The notes below the pieces were generated by a model. It was given only the letters and a program-made list of their open reading frames with translations, did no database searches and was not told the origin of the DNA. A stretch of DNA of 63,706 nt, filler included, from Octopus bimaculoides (taxonomy: Eukaryota): NCBI RefSeq assembly GCF_001194135.2. It is 7 parts of 5 records of this genome, joined end to end, with 100 filler letters (N's around TTAATTAATTAA, not from the genome) between each part and the next. Parts side by side here need not be neighbours in the genome. Positions count along the whole stretch, not along the records: positions 51,486 to 53,868 come from NC_068996.1; positions 53,969 to 61,432 come from NC_068996.1; positions 61,533 to 63,706 come from NW_026329290.1; 4 more parts are not named here. One strand, 5' to 3'. Below are positions 52,022-63,706 of this stretch, piece by piece (the first letter of the stretch is position 1; each line of letters begins with the position of its first letter). The translations under genes and the position numbers were made by a program.

Positions 52022-52025
<4 letters not shown>
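51813..52025 (+). mobile_element. SINE family A, full length, followed by (ATT)n; partial copy just upstream at about 51760-51810
   Basis: Matches family consensus. Confidence 0.9.
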
Positions 52026-52095
<70 letters not shown>

Positions 52096-52112
52096 CATTA
52101 TTATTATTCATA

Positions 52113-53683
52113 TACACACAACAGATTAGACTGTTTGAAAAGAAAAAGTCTTAACATCGGGCTACAACAAGTAACCTTAGATACCAAGAATCCTCCTAAG
52201 TATCCTAGCTGTCCCTAATAGAACTGTTTTCTGCATCTGTACTAAACTGAGTTTTATGCTTATTTCCTCTATCCATCTGTTCAGATCTTCAGGGACAGTT
52301 CCCAATGCACCTATAACTACTGGGATACAGTTTACCTGCACTTTCCGTAGTCTCTGTAATTCAATGGCTAAGTCCTGGTATTAGGCTATTTTTTCCATAC
52401 CTCTCATATTGATTTTTTCATCATTTGGGACCAGTGGCGGTTCGTAAAGAAAATTAGTTGGGGTGTTGCTTCAGAAAAATTTTAGCCGTTGTTTAATATT
52501 GTGTAAAAGGAAACAAACATATAAAAAGAAAATTTATACATAAACTTGATCAGTTCGCGTTTTAGCCACTGCCGGCTAATGTGTTTAATTTGTTCACTGA
52601 ACACTGCCGCGAATTCCCCCTTGTTTTTCAAAAATCCCCTCTAAATTTCAAAATAAGGTAGGGGAGAATGTACCCTATTTTTCAAGTTTTGGAAGCAACA
52701 CTGAAGCTGGAAGCAGGATAATAATCTAATTCTACACTTTATCACATTCAAGAATATAAACACGTTTTTAAGCACAACACATGCGGAGTCAAAAAGCAAC
52801 TCTATCTTTCCTCGGAACACCGGGGTCAGCACTATCGTTCACGCAGTACTATCTCTCCCTAATGTGAAGCTTCCTATCTCGGACATGTGAGCATGCGCAC
52901 AACAGCCAAACATTGCGTCGCTGGAACTGTGAAGCGCACAGCTCTATACGAGGATTTTTGTATTTTCCCCATAAACTAGGGGATGGCTACTGGCATTAAG
53001 CTTATGGATTATATAATGTACCAGTATAAAGAAAGAATTAAAGAAAAAATGGACTCATTATATTGAATGTTATCGATAATATTGATTGGAAATAGTGGGT
53101 GCTGCAGTTCCGCTGTGCCTATACACGAGCCGCCACTGTTTGAGACGGTAAAGTCAATTATCTGGCACTTTCTATTCTCTTTATCTTCTACTACCAAATC
53201 AGGCCTTCTAGCAGTCAATCTGAATGTCAAAATCTCACAACATTTTGTATTTCTTACTTTCTAGTACTTTACTAGGTTTGTGTTCATACCATTTATCAGT
53301 ATGTTCAAATCCAAATTTTCTACATAACTCCCAGCGGATTGCTCTCCCTAGATTGTCATGTCTTTTCTTGTATTCTTTCTGTGCCAGCATGCTACATTCA
53401 CTTACTATAGGAGTAATGCTTTCCTCTTTTAATTTGCATACCTTACATTGGGAATTTACTTGGCTTTTGTCTATCTTGGCTTTTATCCAATTAGTCCTTA
53501 ATGCTTGATCTTGTGCAGCTGCTAACAAACTTGCCGTCTCCCTTTTCAGCTTTCCTTTTTGCAACCATAGCCATTTCTCTCTACTACTATTTGCTGCAAC
53601 TATCTTTGAGAATCTACCATGCAGCGCCCTGTTCTGCCAGTCAGATAATTTCTGTTCGTTTTTCCGGTTTTAACTTCATTTGG
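52113..53683 (-). mobile_element. R4/Dong-like LINE 3' part split by a hAT MITE
   Basis: AAAQDQALRTNWIK, CKVCK..AQKEYKKRHDN, RRPDLVVEDKENRKCQIIDFTV | PNDE..VIGALGTVP..KTVLLGTARILRRIL*; (AAT)n at both ends. Confidence 0.9.
52432..53138. mobile_element. 707-bp hAT MITE
   Basis: TIRs CAGTGGCGGTTCGT / ACGAGCCGCCACTG (13/14); 8-bp TSD TTTGGGAC (52424-52431) / TTTGAGAC (53139-53146). Confidence 0.9.
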
Positions 53684-53687
53684 GTTA

Positions 53688-53868
53688 TTATTATTATTAT
53701 TTTATGTTTGACTTTTGCTTTGCATTTGTACAAGTTGGATCCAAGTCTCACTCAGAGACCTCAAGAGACAACAAGTTAGAAGTTCATGTAGGTGTTATGC
53801 CTAGGGTACCATATATTTGGATTTGTACATAGTGTTGTTCTAGAGAATGTTTAAGAAACCATAAGAAA
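53688..53868 (-). mobile_element. 3' UTR of a young R4/Dong-like LINE ending in (AAT)n
   Basis: Near-identical to the reverse complement of about 54100-54290. Confidence 0.85.
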
Positions 53869-53968
53869 NNNNNNNNNNNNNNNNNNNNNNNNNNNNNNNN
53901 NNNNNNNNNNNNTTAATTAATTAANNNNNNNNNNNNNNNNNNNNNNNNNNNNNNNNNNNNNNNNNNNN

Positions 53969-54290
53969 AAACGGGCTGATTACTACCTAGCTCAGATTCC
54001 AGGAAACCCCAAAATGGCTGAAGTTCAAAAGATAGTGCTCATGGGAACTGCCCATATCCTACGTAAAATACTGTCTATGTGATCTCAAATTTTAAAGCAA
54101 ACACATAATTTTCTTATGGTTTCTTAAACATTCACTTGAACAAAACTGTACAAATCCAAATATATGGTACCCTAGGCATAACACCTACATGAACTTCTAA
54201 CTTGTTGTCTCTTGAGGTCTTTGGGTGAGACTTGGATCCAACTTGTACAAATGCAAAACAAAAGTCAAACATAAAATAATAATAATAATA
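53969..54290 (+). mobile_element. 3' end of a young R4/Dong-like LINE ending in (AAT)n
   Basis: Uninterrupted KRADYYLAQIPGNPKMAEVQKIVLMGTAHILRKILSM* followed by UTR and AATAATAAT. Confidence 0.85.
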
Positions 54291-54399
54291 ATAAATAGTA
54301 ATAATAATGAAAACGAAAATACAATTTTTTTTCCCTTTTATGGAAGAAGGTCAATTTTACAACACATGTTGAGGGAAATTACGTAAGACCTTCTGGGTT

Positions 54400-55655
54400 G
54401 AAGGAAATTACGTAAGACATTCTTTGTTTTCTGGTTTGGAGCATAGACAAATAAGTCTTGCAAACTACCTACACTAGAGCAACCAACATAAAGTTGACCA
54501 TGAGAAAAGCAAGCCAGTAGATTTCAAAGACTAACTTTGAGCTTGGTTGGAATTCTTGGAATGTAAACCTCTTCTCTAGAGGCACATCCAATGATTATGG
54601 TAACTTCTGTCACATTAGGTGGTAATGTCTTCACAATCAACCTCGTCCCATTGCATAATTTAGGAGGATCTAAATTTCTTAGAAGCATTATTGCGATTCC
54701 TACCTTCAGAAAAAGTTTGTTGAAGAATTGCAGGTGGCTCAGGAGAATTAAGGAACTGTGTTGGGTAATGGACAGCTTGATTTTCATTAAGGACTGAATC
54801 AACTGATTTGTACTTCTTAATGACTGTTGGAATCTTATTCATTAATTCATGGTTAATCCTTGGTACTGTCTCATTTTTTGGAGCAAGAATTGCCCTTTCA
54901 CACAACCATTTATGTGAATTATAATTATTACTAAAGTCTGGCAATACCCTGTTCTTCAATTCAGCTGGGGACTTCACCATGATAGTAATATGAGCCAAAC
55001 TGATATCACCATTCCCATCAAATGGTACTTTCTCCATTTCCTGAATGGAGGACCCAGGTTGAAAAATGTTTTGCACATTGGTCACCATGTAATAAAGCTT
55101 GCACATTCGTATTGAAGGAGAATTTCAGTACTTTATTCCATAGGTGTGAAGGCTTAATGCATGCTTTTATTTCATCAGATCTTGTTCACCTCGGAATTAC
55201 TGGTTATATCTGTCTGAAGTTTTCTGATAAAACTGATGTAACTCTTCCCATAGATTTATTGTTGCCTCAGATGTCCTGTAAGGTCTTACTAAGAGCTTCC
55301 ATTGCATCTCTATGTGACATGGTACATTCATCACAAATGATCAGGTGACATTGGCACAACATTTCTGATGAACCTGAATTTTTGCTTATCTTACAAATTT
55401 GACTGTCATTTGTGACCAGGTCTGGTGGTAATTTAAAGTCAGGATGAGCTGTTCGTCCTCCTGGGAGAATGGTGGCAGCAATGCCAGACAATGGTACAGC
55501 AACTGCAATTCTTTTTTGTTGCTTTACCTTGGAGAGAAACAATGTTGTTACAAATTTTTTACTGAGCCACAAGGAGCATCAAGAAATTTCCCCCGCTTTT
55601 TTCTGGCTATTGCTGAGCATTTTGTCCAATGTGCTAAAGATTCTGATATCTTGCT
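54400..55655 (-). mobile_element. Helitron PIF1-family helicase region (pseudogenised)
   Basis: AVPLSGIAATILPGGRTAH, LIICDECTM, WLCERAILAPKN, IMLLRNLDPPKLCNGTRL: PIF1/Helitron helicase motifs with frameshifts. Confidence 0.9.
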
Positions 55656-55664
55656 ACCTTCAAA

Positions 55665-55702
<38 letters not shown>

Positions 55703-55789
55703 CATCATCATCATCATCATCATCATTTCGACGACGACGCCAATAAGGATAATAATGATAACCATAATCTACGATATTGATTTCTAATA

Positions 55790-57566
55790 TTTGAAAAACA
55801 AGTCTATAAACTTGTACGAGAGTAAAGCGTATTGTCAATCGTTTTTTTTTGTTTTTTTCATAATTTTTATGAACTGGATTGACATGCACACATGGAAAAC
55901 AGAAGAGAATGCCTTTTGCTGTACTATTGGTATGTCTCTGATTGTTACTTTTGCATGACTGATACTAATGGTTTCTCAAAGAAAACCAAAGCAAAAATTG
56001 TATATGCAGATAGTAAGTCGGCTCTAAAACCGGTCCCACATGACTTCGAGAACCCTGCCCCAGTTCCCCTCTCACATGGTTCATTTGAAGACCTTGTCAC
56101 GTCACACAGCGAACTCCCTGATTCTCTTATCAACGAAGAGTACGTAGTTGATTCTAAGAAAAATGAGCCACGCTTGTTTAATCAAGAAGATTTGAACGAT
56201 TTAGTAAGAGACCTAGCATTGTTAAAGGAGAAGGCAGAAGTTTTGGGGTCCAGACTACAGCAACGGAATTTCCTACAGTAAGGTACGAAAATTTCCATTT
56301 TCTGTTCTCGCCATGATAGCTTATCTGTCTTTTAAAAGCAAGAAAATAAAGCTTGTTTCTGTACTGACGTTAATGCACTCATACAAAAACTAGGACACGT
56401 GCATGTGGTTAACAAATGGAGATTGTTTATAGACTCGGGTAAGGTTAGCTTCAAAGCTGTGTTATTACATAATGGTAATGAAAAACCTTCCATTTCTGTG
56501 GGTCATGGAAGAAACTTATGAATCGATGGAACTCATTCTGAAAGGAGTGGAATATTTGTGATGATTTAAAGGTGATTTCTCTCCTTCTAGGACTGCAGCT
56601 GAGATATACCAAAAATATGTGCTTCTTGTGTGTTTGGAACAGCCGCGACGACAGCAATCATTACACAGTAAAAGACTGGCCTAAAAGAGGTGAGAACATA
56701 GTTGGTCGGTACAATGTACAGCATATCCCAGTGGTAGACCCGTAAAAGATCTTCCTTCCACCCCATCACATCAAACTCGACCTCATGAAAAACTTGGTAA
56801 AAGAAATGAAACACGATGGTTGTGGTTTCCAGTACCTAAAAGTAAAATTTGGCACAGGAAAAAGTGACGCGAAACTGAAAGTAGGCATTTTCATTGGACC
56901 CAAGATCAGAGAATTGATGTCTGATAGTAAACTCAGAGGTAAACTTAATTCAGTTGAGCTGATGGCATGAGATTCACTCGTGTTAGTTGTACAGAACTTT
57001 CTTGAAAATCATAGAGCTGAAAACTATGCTGATTAAATAAACAACATGCTAATAGCGTATGAAAGAATGGGATGTTCAATTATTATAACTGATTTATTAA
57101 AATGCATCTCTTGCATTCTCATCTCGATTTTTTTCCAACGAATCTTGGTGCCGTTAGTGATAAGCATGGTGAGATGGAAACGAGGTATCAAGGCTGGTTC
57201 AATCCAGGGTGATTACTGCTGGTTCCTACAACGGGAAGCCAACACGACACATTAGCGCAAGAGCAAATGTTTCAAACATTTCTGAGCTGAGCATATAAAA
57301 AATAAAGTATCTCCTTAACATAAATCTACTATGTACCATTATATTATAATATTATCTGCCTTGAACATAAATATAAAATACACAGTACTAATACATACTA
57401 TTATAATAAGTATTTACCTTGAACTTAACTATTCCTGATACTAACATGGTATTAATATACAATTATGCAATTCTGAGTTCAGATTCGGAATCAGCGTACT
57501 CGATTTAGTTTAGTACAGCAAAATTTGTTTGGGTAACAGACAATAATTTTTTTTTGTTACCCAGTG
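55790..57566 (+). mobile_element. Degraded DNA transposon, probably Chapaev3 (CMC superfamily)
   Basis: DCYFC, LNDLVRDL.L.KEKAEVLGSRLQQ, WRLFIDS.K.SFKAVLLHNGN, HIKLDLMKNLVK, GIFIGPKIREL, HSHLDFFP.NLGAVSD; right end TTTTTGTTACCCAGTG. Transposase family is clear; the Chapaev3 name is from memory. Confidence 0.7.
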
Positions 57567-57569
57567 TAT

Positions 57570-58265
57570 TTGAAGATGACATGGTGCTACTTGGCTCATC
57601 AGAAGATGGTATCTAGTATGCATTAAATTGGTTCACTGTTTTGTACTACAAGGGGTAAGCATAAATTTTGCGAAGACTGAAACATTAGTCCTCTCAAGAA
57701 AGATTTGCTATGTCGAGAAATGTAAAGTGCTGGTACAGTAATGCGTCTGTTTTACTGTACCAGCATTTGAACCTCAGAAAACAGATTGGTAAAAGAGGCC
57801 AAACTTGATATCTTGAATATGGTTTTCTTGCCTATCCTCACCTACAGTCATGAATATTGGATAATGACCGAAAGAGTAAGATCGCAAATACAAGCGGTGT
57901 GGACGAAAGAGAATTTCTCCGAAGGCTATCTAGAGTAACGTTACTCGATGAGGTGTGTAGGTTGAGATCAGAGGGTCTCTCCAGTTCAAGCCGCTGCTTC
58001 TCCAGAATGAGAGATCACAGCTTTCATACAAAGGACGTGTGATGTCAAAGGAAAGAATCGTAAAACCGAGCCAACCGCCCGAGCCAACCGCCCGAGCCAA
58101 CCGCCCGAGCCAACCGCCCGAGCCAACCGGCAGGAGACCAGAGGTAGACCAAGAACGAGATGGTTGGATAATAGCCATATTATTCAGTTGGTCTAGGCGG
58201 AAAGTTTAATGACGGTTGTTTTCGATAGAAACCTAAGTAGGAGGTGCCTGAGAACTCAACCCCGC
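57570..58265 (+). mobile_element. RTE-clade LINE RT C-terminal remnant
   Basis: DDMVLLGSSED, INFAKTE, FLRRLSRVTLLD, GRRPRGRPRTRWLDN. Confidence 0.8.
58066..58130 (+). repeat. 13-bp minisatellite (CCGAGCCAACCGC)x5
   Basis: Four exact units and a fifth ending in G. Confidence 0.95.
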
Positions 58266-58815
58266 AACNNNNNNNNNNNNNNNNNNNNNNNNNNNNNNNN
58301 NNNNNNNNNNNNNNNNNNNNNNNNNNNNNNNNNNNNNNNNNNNNNNNNNNNNNNNNNNNNNNNNNNNNNNNNNNNNNNNNNNNNNNNNNNNNNNNNNNNN
58401 NNNNNNNNNNNNNNNNNNNNNNNNNNNNNNNNNNNNNNNNNNNNNNNNNNNNNNNNNNNNNNNNNNNNNNNNNNNNNNNNNNNNNNNNNNNNNNNNNNNN
58501 NNNNNNNNNNNNNNNNNNNNNNNNNNNNNNNNNNNNNNNNNNNNNNNNNNNNNNNNNNNNNNNNNNNNNNNNNNNNNNNNNNNNNNNNNNNNNNNNNNNN
58601 NNNNNNNNNNNNNNNNNNNNNNNNNNNNNNNNNNNNNNNNNNNNNNNNNNNNNNNNNNNNNNNNNNNNNNNNNNNNNNNNNNNNNNNNNNNNNNNNNNNN
58701 NNNNNNNNNNNNNNNNNNNNNNNNNNNNNNNNNNNNNNNTGGTAATTTTACTAACCGTAGTAACCTCAGGCAATCATGGTAACCATTTCAGAAAGAGGGG
58801 GGAGAGAGGGGGAGA

Positions 58816-58860
<45 letters not shown>

Positions 58861-59285
58861 AGGTGGACTGCATCAGAACATGTCATCTGTTTCCTTTCCT
58901 ACGAACCAACTAGCAAAACAAGCATCTTTACATCAGAAACTTGACGTAGACACTTCAAATAAAAGGGGAGGAGGTGAAAAAAGAAAAAAACATCGGTCAT
59001 TGATAACTTTTATCAAGAACGACTGCGTTCGTAGTGACAGATGTCAACTGATACGTTTCCAAGGCATTCACATATGTTACTCATGATGTCCCTATGTATG
59101 CGTTGGTAGAGGCGGTGAGAGGTTGCATAACGAGATATGGTTAGAATGTAACATACATTTTTACCCTAATAAATGCCTACGCAAGCGTACACAAAAACAT
59201 ACGTATTTGCTCTTATATCAATATCTATCCATCTATCGATTTACATATCTATCGACCAATCTCTCCCCATCCCTCCCTCACTCTT

Positions 59286-59368
<83 letters not shown>

Positions 59369-59991
59369 ATGCACATATGTATTTATGTACGCATGTATAC
59401 ATGTATGTATGCATGCATGCATATACGCACGTACGAATGTATGTACGTATTTATGTATGTATGTATGCATGTATGCATGTATGTATTTATACATGTATGT
59501 ATAAATCTCTGTTCATTCATCAGAAGTAATAAATTACACGACTCAATACAAATGTAGAGTATTCTTTAATACATTATAACTGAAAGTCTCTGATTTCCAG
59601 TACTCAGAGTAACTCATTTCCGGTCATCAACTGGTAAACCAAGCTGGTTTTCTTTTGAAATATGAAAGGAAAATTTGAAGAAAATGTTTAACCTGATGTT
59701 CTTTTCCTTAAAAACTTCTTTGAATGACAAGTTCTAAAAACTGCTGCTTCAAGCACACGCATTTGATTCCATTTCTGGTTCTCGCGGTCACATTATAAAT
59801 GTCTTAAACTCGATTAGAAGCGAAGTTATGAAAATGCGTTGCTGTTTAAGCAATATCCCAAAGTATTACTTTTAAGTATTACCTTTAATTATCGTTTCTA
59901 AAAACAATGCGTGTGTATAGGGGTGTTTATTTTGCATGCGACCGTGCAAACGCATACATGTGCAAATATATACACAGAATGATATATTCAT

Positions 59992-60215
59992 TGTTGTGGC
60001 GAGAGTCATTGACTCTCTCCTTGAGGGATTTGAAGAGTGTACTAGCGAACTCTTATAAAGAGTAGCGTAATGGTTGAGACGAGAGGTCAGTAGGAGTCGT
60101 TGAGAGGATGTTTTGGAGTCTCGCGAAGTACGTCATGTGAACATATTGATTTTACCTCCGCATCGTTAAACTATATATATCCAACATTTGTCTAGGATAT
60201 AAATGTGGCGACGAG
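59992..60215 (+). mobile_element. Putative 5' LTR and primer-binding site
   Basis: TGT at 59992 to ..CCAACA at 60186; TGGCGACGAG at 60206-60215 precedes gag; no second LTR visible. Confidence 0.5.
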
Positions 60216-60329
60216 ATATTCGAAGCTTGCGTCGGGCGTTAAAAATATTCTTTTATTTTTTTTGTACGAAATCAAAGAAAAAATCAATAACATAGAAGAC
60301 TTACTGGCTTGCATGGTGTAGTTTCAACA

Positions 60330-61432
60330 GCAACAACAGCAGTTACAACAGCAGCAGCAACAATACCAACAGTTTCCGGAAGTCATGTTGACGAAGTCTG
60401 AAAATACTTCAGGTTCGTTCTCGTTGGACGGCGTAGCAAATTCAATTGGAGAATTTATTTATAACCCAAAAGAAGGAAATACTTTTCCGGCATATTTTAG
60501 AAGATACGAAGAAATCTTCAAAAAAGAATGTAAGAATTTGAATGACAAGAAGAAAGTGGGACTACTTTTAAGAATGTTATCCCCTGCCGAACACGAAAAA
60601 CACTGTAATTATATTCTGCCGAAGAAACTAGAAGAAATTTGTTTTGATGAAACAAATAATTAATTATCGAGAATTTTCAGTGAAAGAAGTTCTCTGTTCA
60701 ATACTCGTTGGCAATGTTTAAATTTAGTTAAAAAAGATGATGAAAATTTCGTCACCTATGTCGGGGGTCGTTAACAGAGAGTGTAAAAAATTCAAATTTA
60801 ATGAATTAACCCCGGATTTGTTCAAATGTCTAATTTTTGTTCAAGGGTTAACTGCAAGTAAAGATGATGATATACGTTCCCGTATATTAACAAACTTAGA
60901 ACAGGACCAAAAATTAACTCTACAGGCAGTGGCTGAAGACTGCCAGAGGATTATAAAATTGAAGAAAAACAAACGTCATGACCAAATCCATGCTATAGGT
61001 GAGGAGGTTTACATTTTAGAAGTAATTGTCCTTTTAAAAATCATAGACGTTTTGAGTGGGAAAAAATCGGACATAAAAGCTCACATTGAGCTTTTTGCTA
61101 ACATTGAGCAAAACAACAAAAAAAAATTCTAGAATGAATGTTTTGTTAAAAATTCTGAGCGAGGCTCAGAAAAGAAAATTTCTGCCCATAAAAATGTGAA
61201 TATCAAGTTACAATTGGATACGGGTAGTGATGTCACGATAATTAATACAGATACATGGAGAAAAATAGGGAAACCTAGGTTAAAGGAAACTTCGAAAATT
61301 GCGCGAGGTGTTTCAGCAAAAAAATTGCATTTTATGGGCGAAATGAAAAGTGATGTTACATTTCGTGGGAAAACCTTGAAACCCAAAGCTTTTGTGTTGT
61401 AAAATACGACAAATTTATTTGGAACAGACTGG
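60330..61432 (+). mobile_element. Ty3/gypsy (Mag-like) gag, zinc knuckle and aspartic protease, disrupted, cut by gap
   Basis: YFRRYEEIF, FKCLIFVQGL, decayed knuckle CPFK..GHKSSH, protease LQLDTGSDVTII and NLFGTDW. Confidence 0.85.
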
Positions 61433-61532
61433 NNNNNNNNNNNNNNNNNNNNNNNNNNNNNNNNNNNNNNNNNNNNTTAATTAATTAANNNNNNNNNNNN
61501 NNNNNNNNNNNNNNNNNNNNNNNNNNNNNNNN

Positions 61533-61563
<31 letters not shown>

Positions 61564-61855
61564 TCGCATAGACAGATACACGCAACAACGTACAATCCCA
61601 CACCTGAAATCATACATACATACATACATACATACACACACATAGGCAAAGAAACGTGCAAGTGAATACTTACATGCACAAACACATACATGCACACACA
61701 TTCATACACATAAGATTGTGTGTTGTATGTATGCATGTATGCATGCGTTTACATATATATAAATGTATGTATGCATAAACATACACTCACTTGTACACAC
61801 ACATAAAAGTATTCTATACACATCTACATAGAAACATACGTACGTGCATACATAC

Positions 61856-61937
<82 letters not shown>

Positions 61938-62844
61938 ATACATTCATATAATACCTATCTACACACGTACAGGCATACATATATTTATGCACCTATATAT
62001 AAACATATACATACATCAAACATACATACATGCACTCATAGATACACACACACACATACATACATACACACACATACATACATACATACATACATACATN
62101 NNNNNNNNNNNNNNNNNNNNNNNNNNNNNNNNNNNNNNNNNNNNNNNNNNNNNNNNNNNNNNNNNNNNNNNNNNNNNNNNNNNNNNNNNNNNNNNNNNNN
62201 NNNNNNNNNNNNNNNNNNNNNNNNNNNNNNNNNNNNNNNNNNNNNNNNNNNNNNNNNNNNNNNNNNNNNNNNNNNNNNNNNNNNNNNNNNNNNNNNNNNN
62301 NNNNNNNNNNNNNNNNNNNNNNNNNNNNNNNNNNNNNNNNNNNNNNNNNNNNNNNNNNNNNNNNNNNNNNNNNNNNNNNNNNNNNNNNNNNNNNNNNNNN
62401 NNNNNNNNNNNNNNNNNNNNNNNNNNNNNNNNNNNNNNNNNNNNNNNNNNNNNNNNNNNNNNNNNNNNNNNNNNNNNNNNNNNNNNNNNNNNNNNNNNNN
62501 NNNNNNNNNNNNNNNNNNNNNNNNNNNNNNNNNNNNNNNNNNNNNNNNNNNNNNNNNNNNNNNNNNNNNNNNNNNNNNNNNNNNNNNNNNNNNNNNNNNN
62601 NNNNNNNNNNNNNNNNNNNNNNNNNNNNNNNNNNNNNNNNNNNNNNNNNNNNNNNNNNNNNNNNNNNNNTATATATATATATATAATCTATTATTTCTAT
62701 AATAAAAGATAAATCATTCATGATTAATATATTTGAAAATTACGTATATATATATATTTCTAGTATATATATATATATTTCTAGAGACGTTAATATATCT
62801 AAGTCATTGCATGTGGTTATATATACATACGCGTATTTAGGTGA

Positions 62845-63060
62845 ATACAATGTTGTGCATGTTTGTATCATCTGCTGAGGAAAATGTACAGATTGAAAAG
62901 TATTATTAACCGGGACAAGCAAAAGGCCATCCTGATGTAGTTTGTTTGTATGTAACCCGAGACAAAGGCTGTAGCATTGGCCTAAAACTCGGTCCAGAGA
63001 TATATATCAGCCAACAAACAATACGCGGTTGGTTAAAGTAAGGGGACGGAAGAATTATTG
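62845..63060 (+). mobile_element. Possible degraded Penelope-like GIY-YIG remnant
   Basis: NVVHVCIIC*GK weakly resembles NVVY.I.C..CGK; stops present. Confidence 0.3.
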
Positions 63061-63418
63061 CACACCATTGGCTGCATGAGAAATACCAGGGTTCGGCGGG
63101 TGGGTATAGGGGGTTTGAAGTTGTCGAAGGTGGGGGCTGAGGTTTGGGCCGTAAAGTGGAGGATAAGGCTAATATGGATGGGTGGGTGGAAAATGCGTTT
63201 TATTCCTATGGGCAAAGGTATGAATGACAGAGCAGAGGGTGCATGGGAAAGACTTCATTTCTAGATGACCAGATTTCCTTTCGAAGAGATCATTGATAAA
63301 TGTGTGTCCGTTTGTATGAATTGAAAGTTTCATAGGTCTGATATATTACGTCCATCTCAATGATACATACATATATACATACATATATATATATATATAT
63401 AGACAGAGAGATAGATAG

Positions 63419-63540
63419 CTTGAAAGGATGAAAAGCAAAGTCGAGCTCAGCGGAATTTGAACTCAGAACGTAAAGACAGACGAAATACCGTTAAACATTT
63501 CGCCCGACGTGCTAACGTTTCTGCCAGCTCGCCGCCTTAA
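63419..63540 (-). mobile_element. SINE family A, 5' half
   Basis: Minus strand TTAAGGCGGCGAGCTGGCAGAAACGTTAGCACGTCGGGCGAAATG..GTTCTGAGTTCAAATTCCGC. Confidence 0.9.
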
Positions 63541-63706
63541 TTCAAAATTATATTATTGAACATATTCTGTGAGAGAAAAATATTTAGTGTTATGAATTAT
63601 ATACGGAGATTTTCCATGACAATCTACCCCTCCCACCACCCAAATTATTTTTATGAACTCAATTATTTAATAATTCTTTTTAATATAGAGACAAAGTGAC
63701 AGAATC

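Noticed and set aside
46966-55655. Helitron Rep and helicase fragments as one element
   Set aside because: Both are on the minus strand, but the helicase lies 5' of Rep (wrong order), and two artificial linkers intervene.
58066-58130. CRISPR-like array
   Set aside because: No spacers, eukaryotic context, and derived from LINE sequence.

Overview
AT-rich, microsatellite-dense animal DNA with many N gaps. The repeat families resemble ones I recall from octopus genomes (inference, no search run). I recognise no host protein-coding gene, rRNA, functional tRNA or CRISPR array, and nearly all ORF-track entries are microsatellite or gap artefacts. The window is a nested transposon graveyard: several tRNA-derived SINE families, CR1-, RTE- and R4/Dong-like LINE fragments, Penelope-like (GIY-YIG) fragments, Helitron pieces, hAT MITEs with target-site duplications, a probable Chapaev3 transposon and a Ty3/gypsy gag-protease. 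The best lead is at 47918-48700, where a Penelope-like ORF end is followed by a tRNA-like Pol III promoter and a minimal hammerhead-ribozyme motif. A second hammerhead-like family occurs at 1030-1300 (two copies converging on a TA tract) and 5761-5930. Six artificial N44-TTAATTAATTAA-N44 linkers mean adjacency across those points is unverified. Boundaries were read by eye and are approximate unless exact motifs are quoted.
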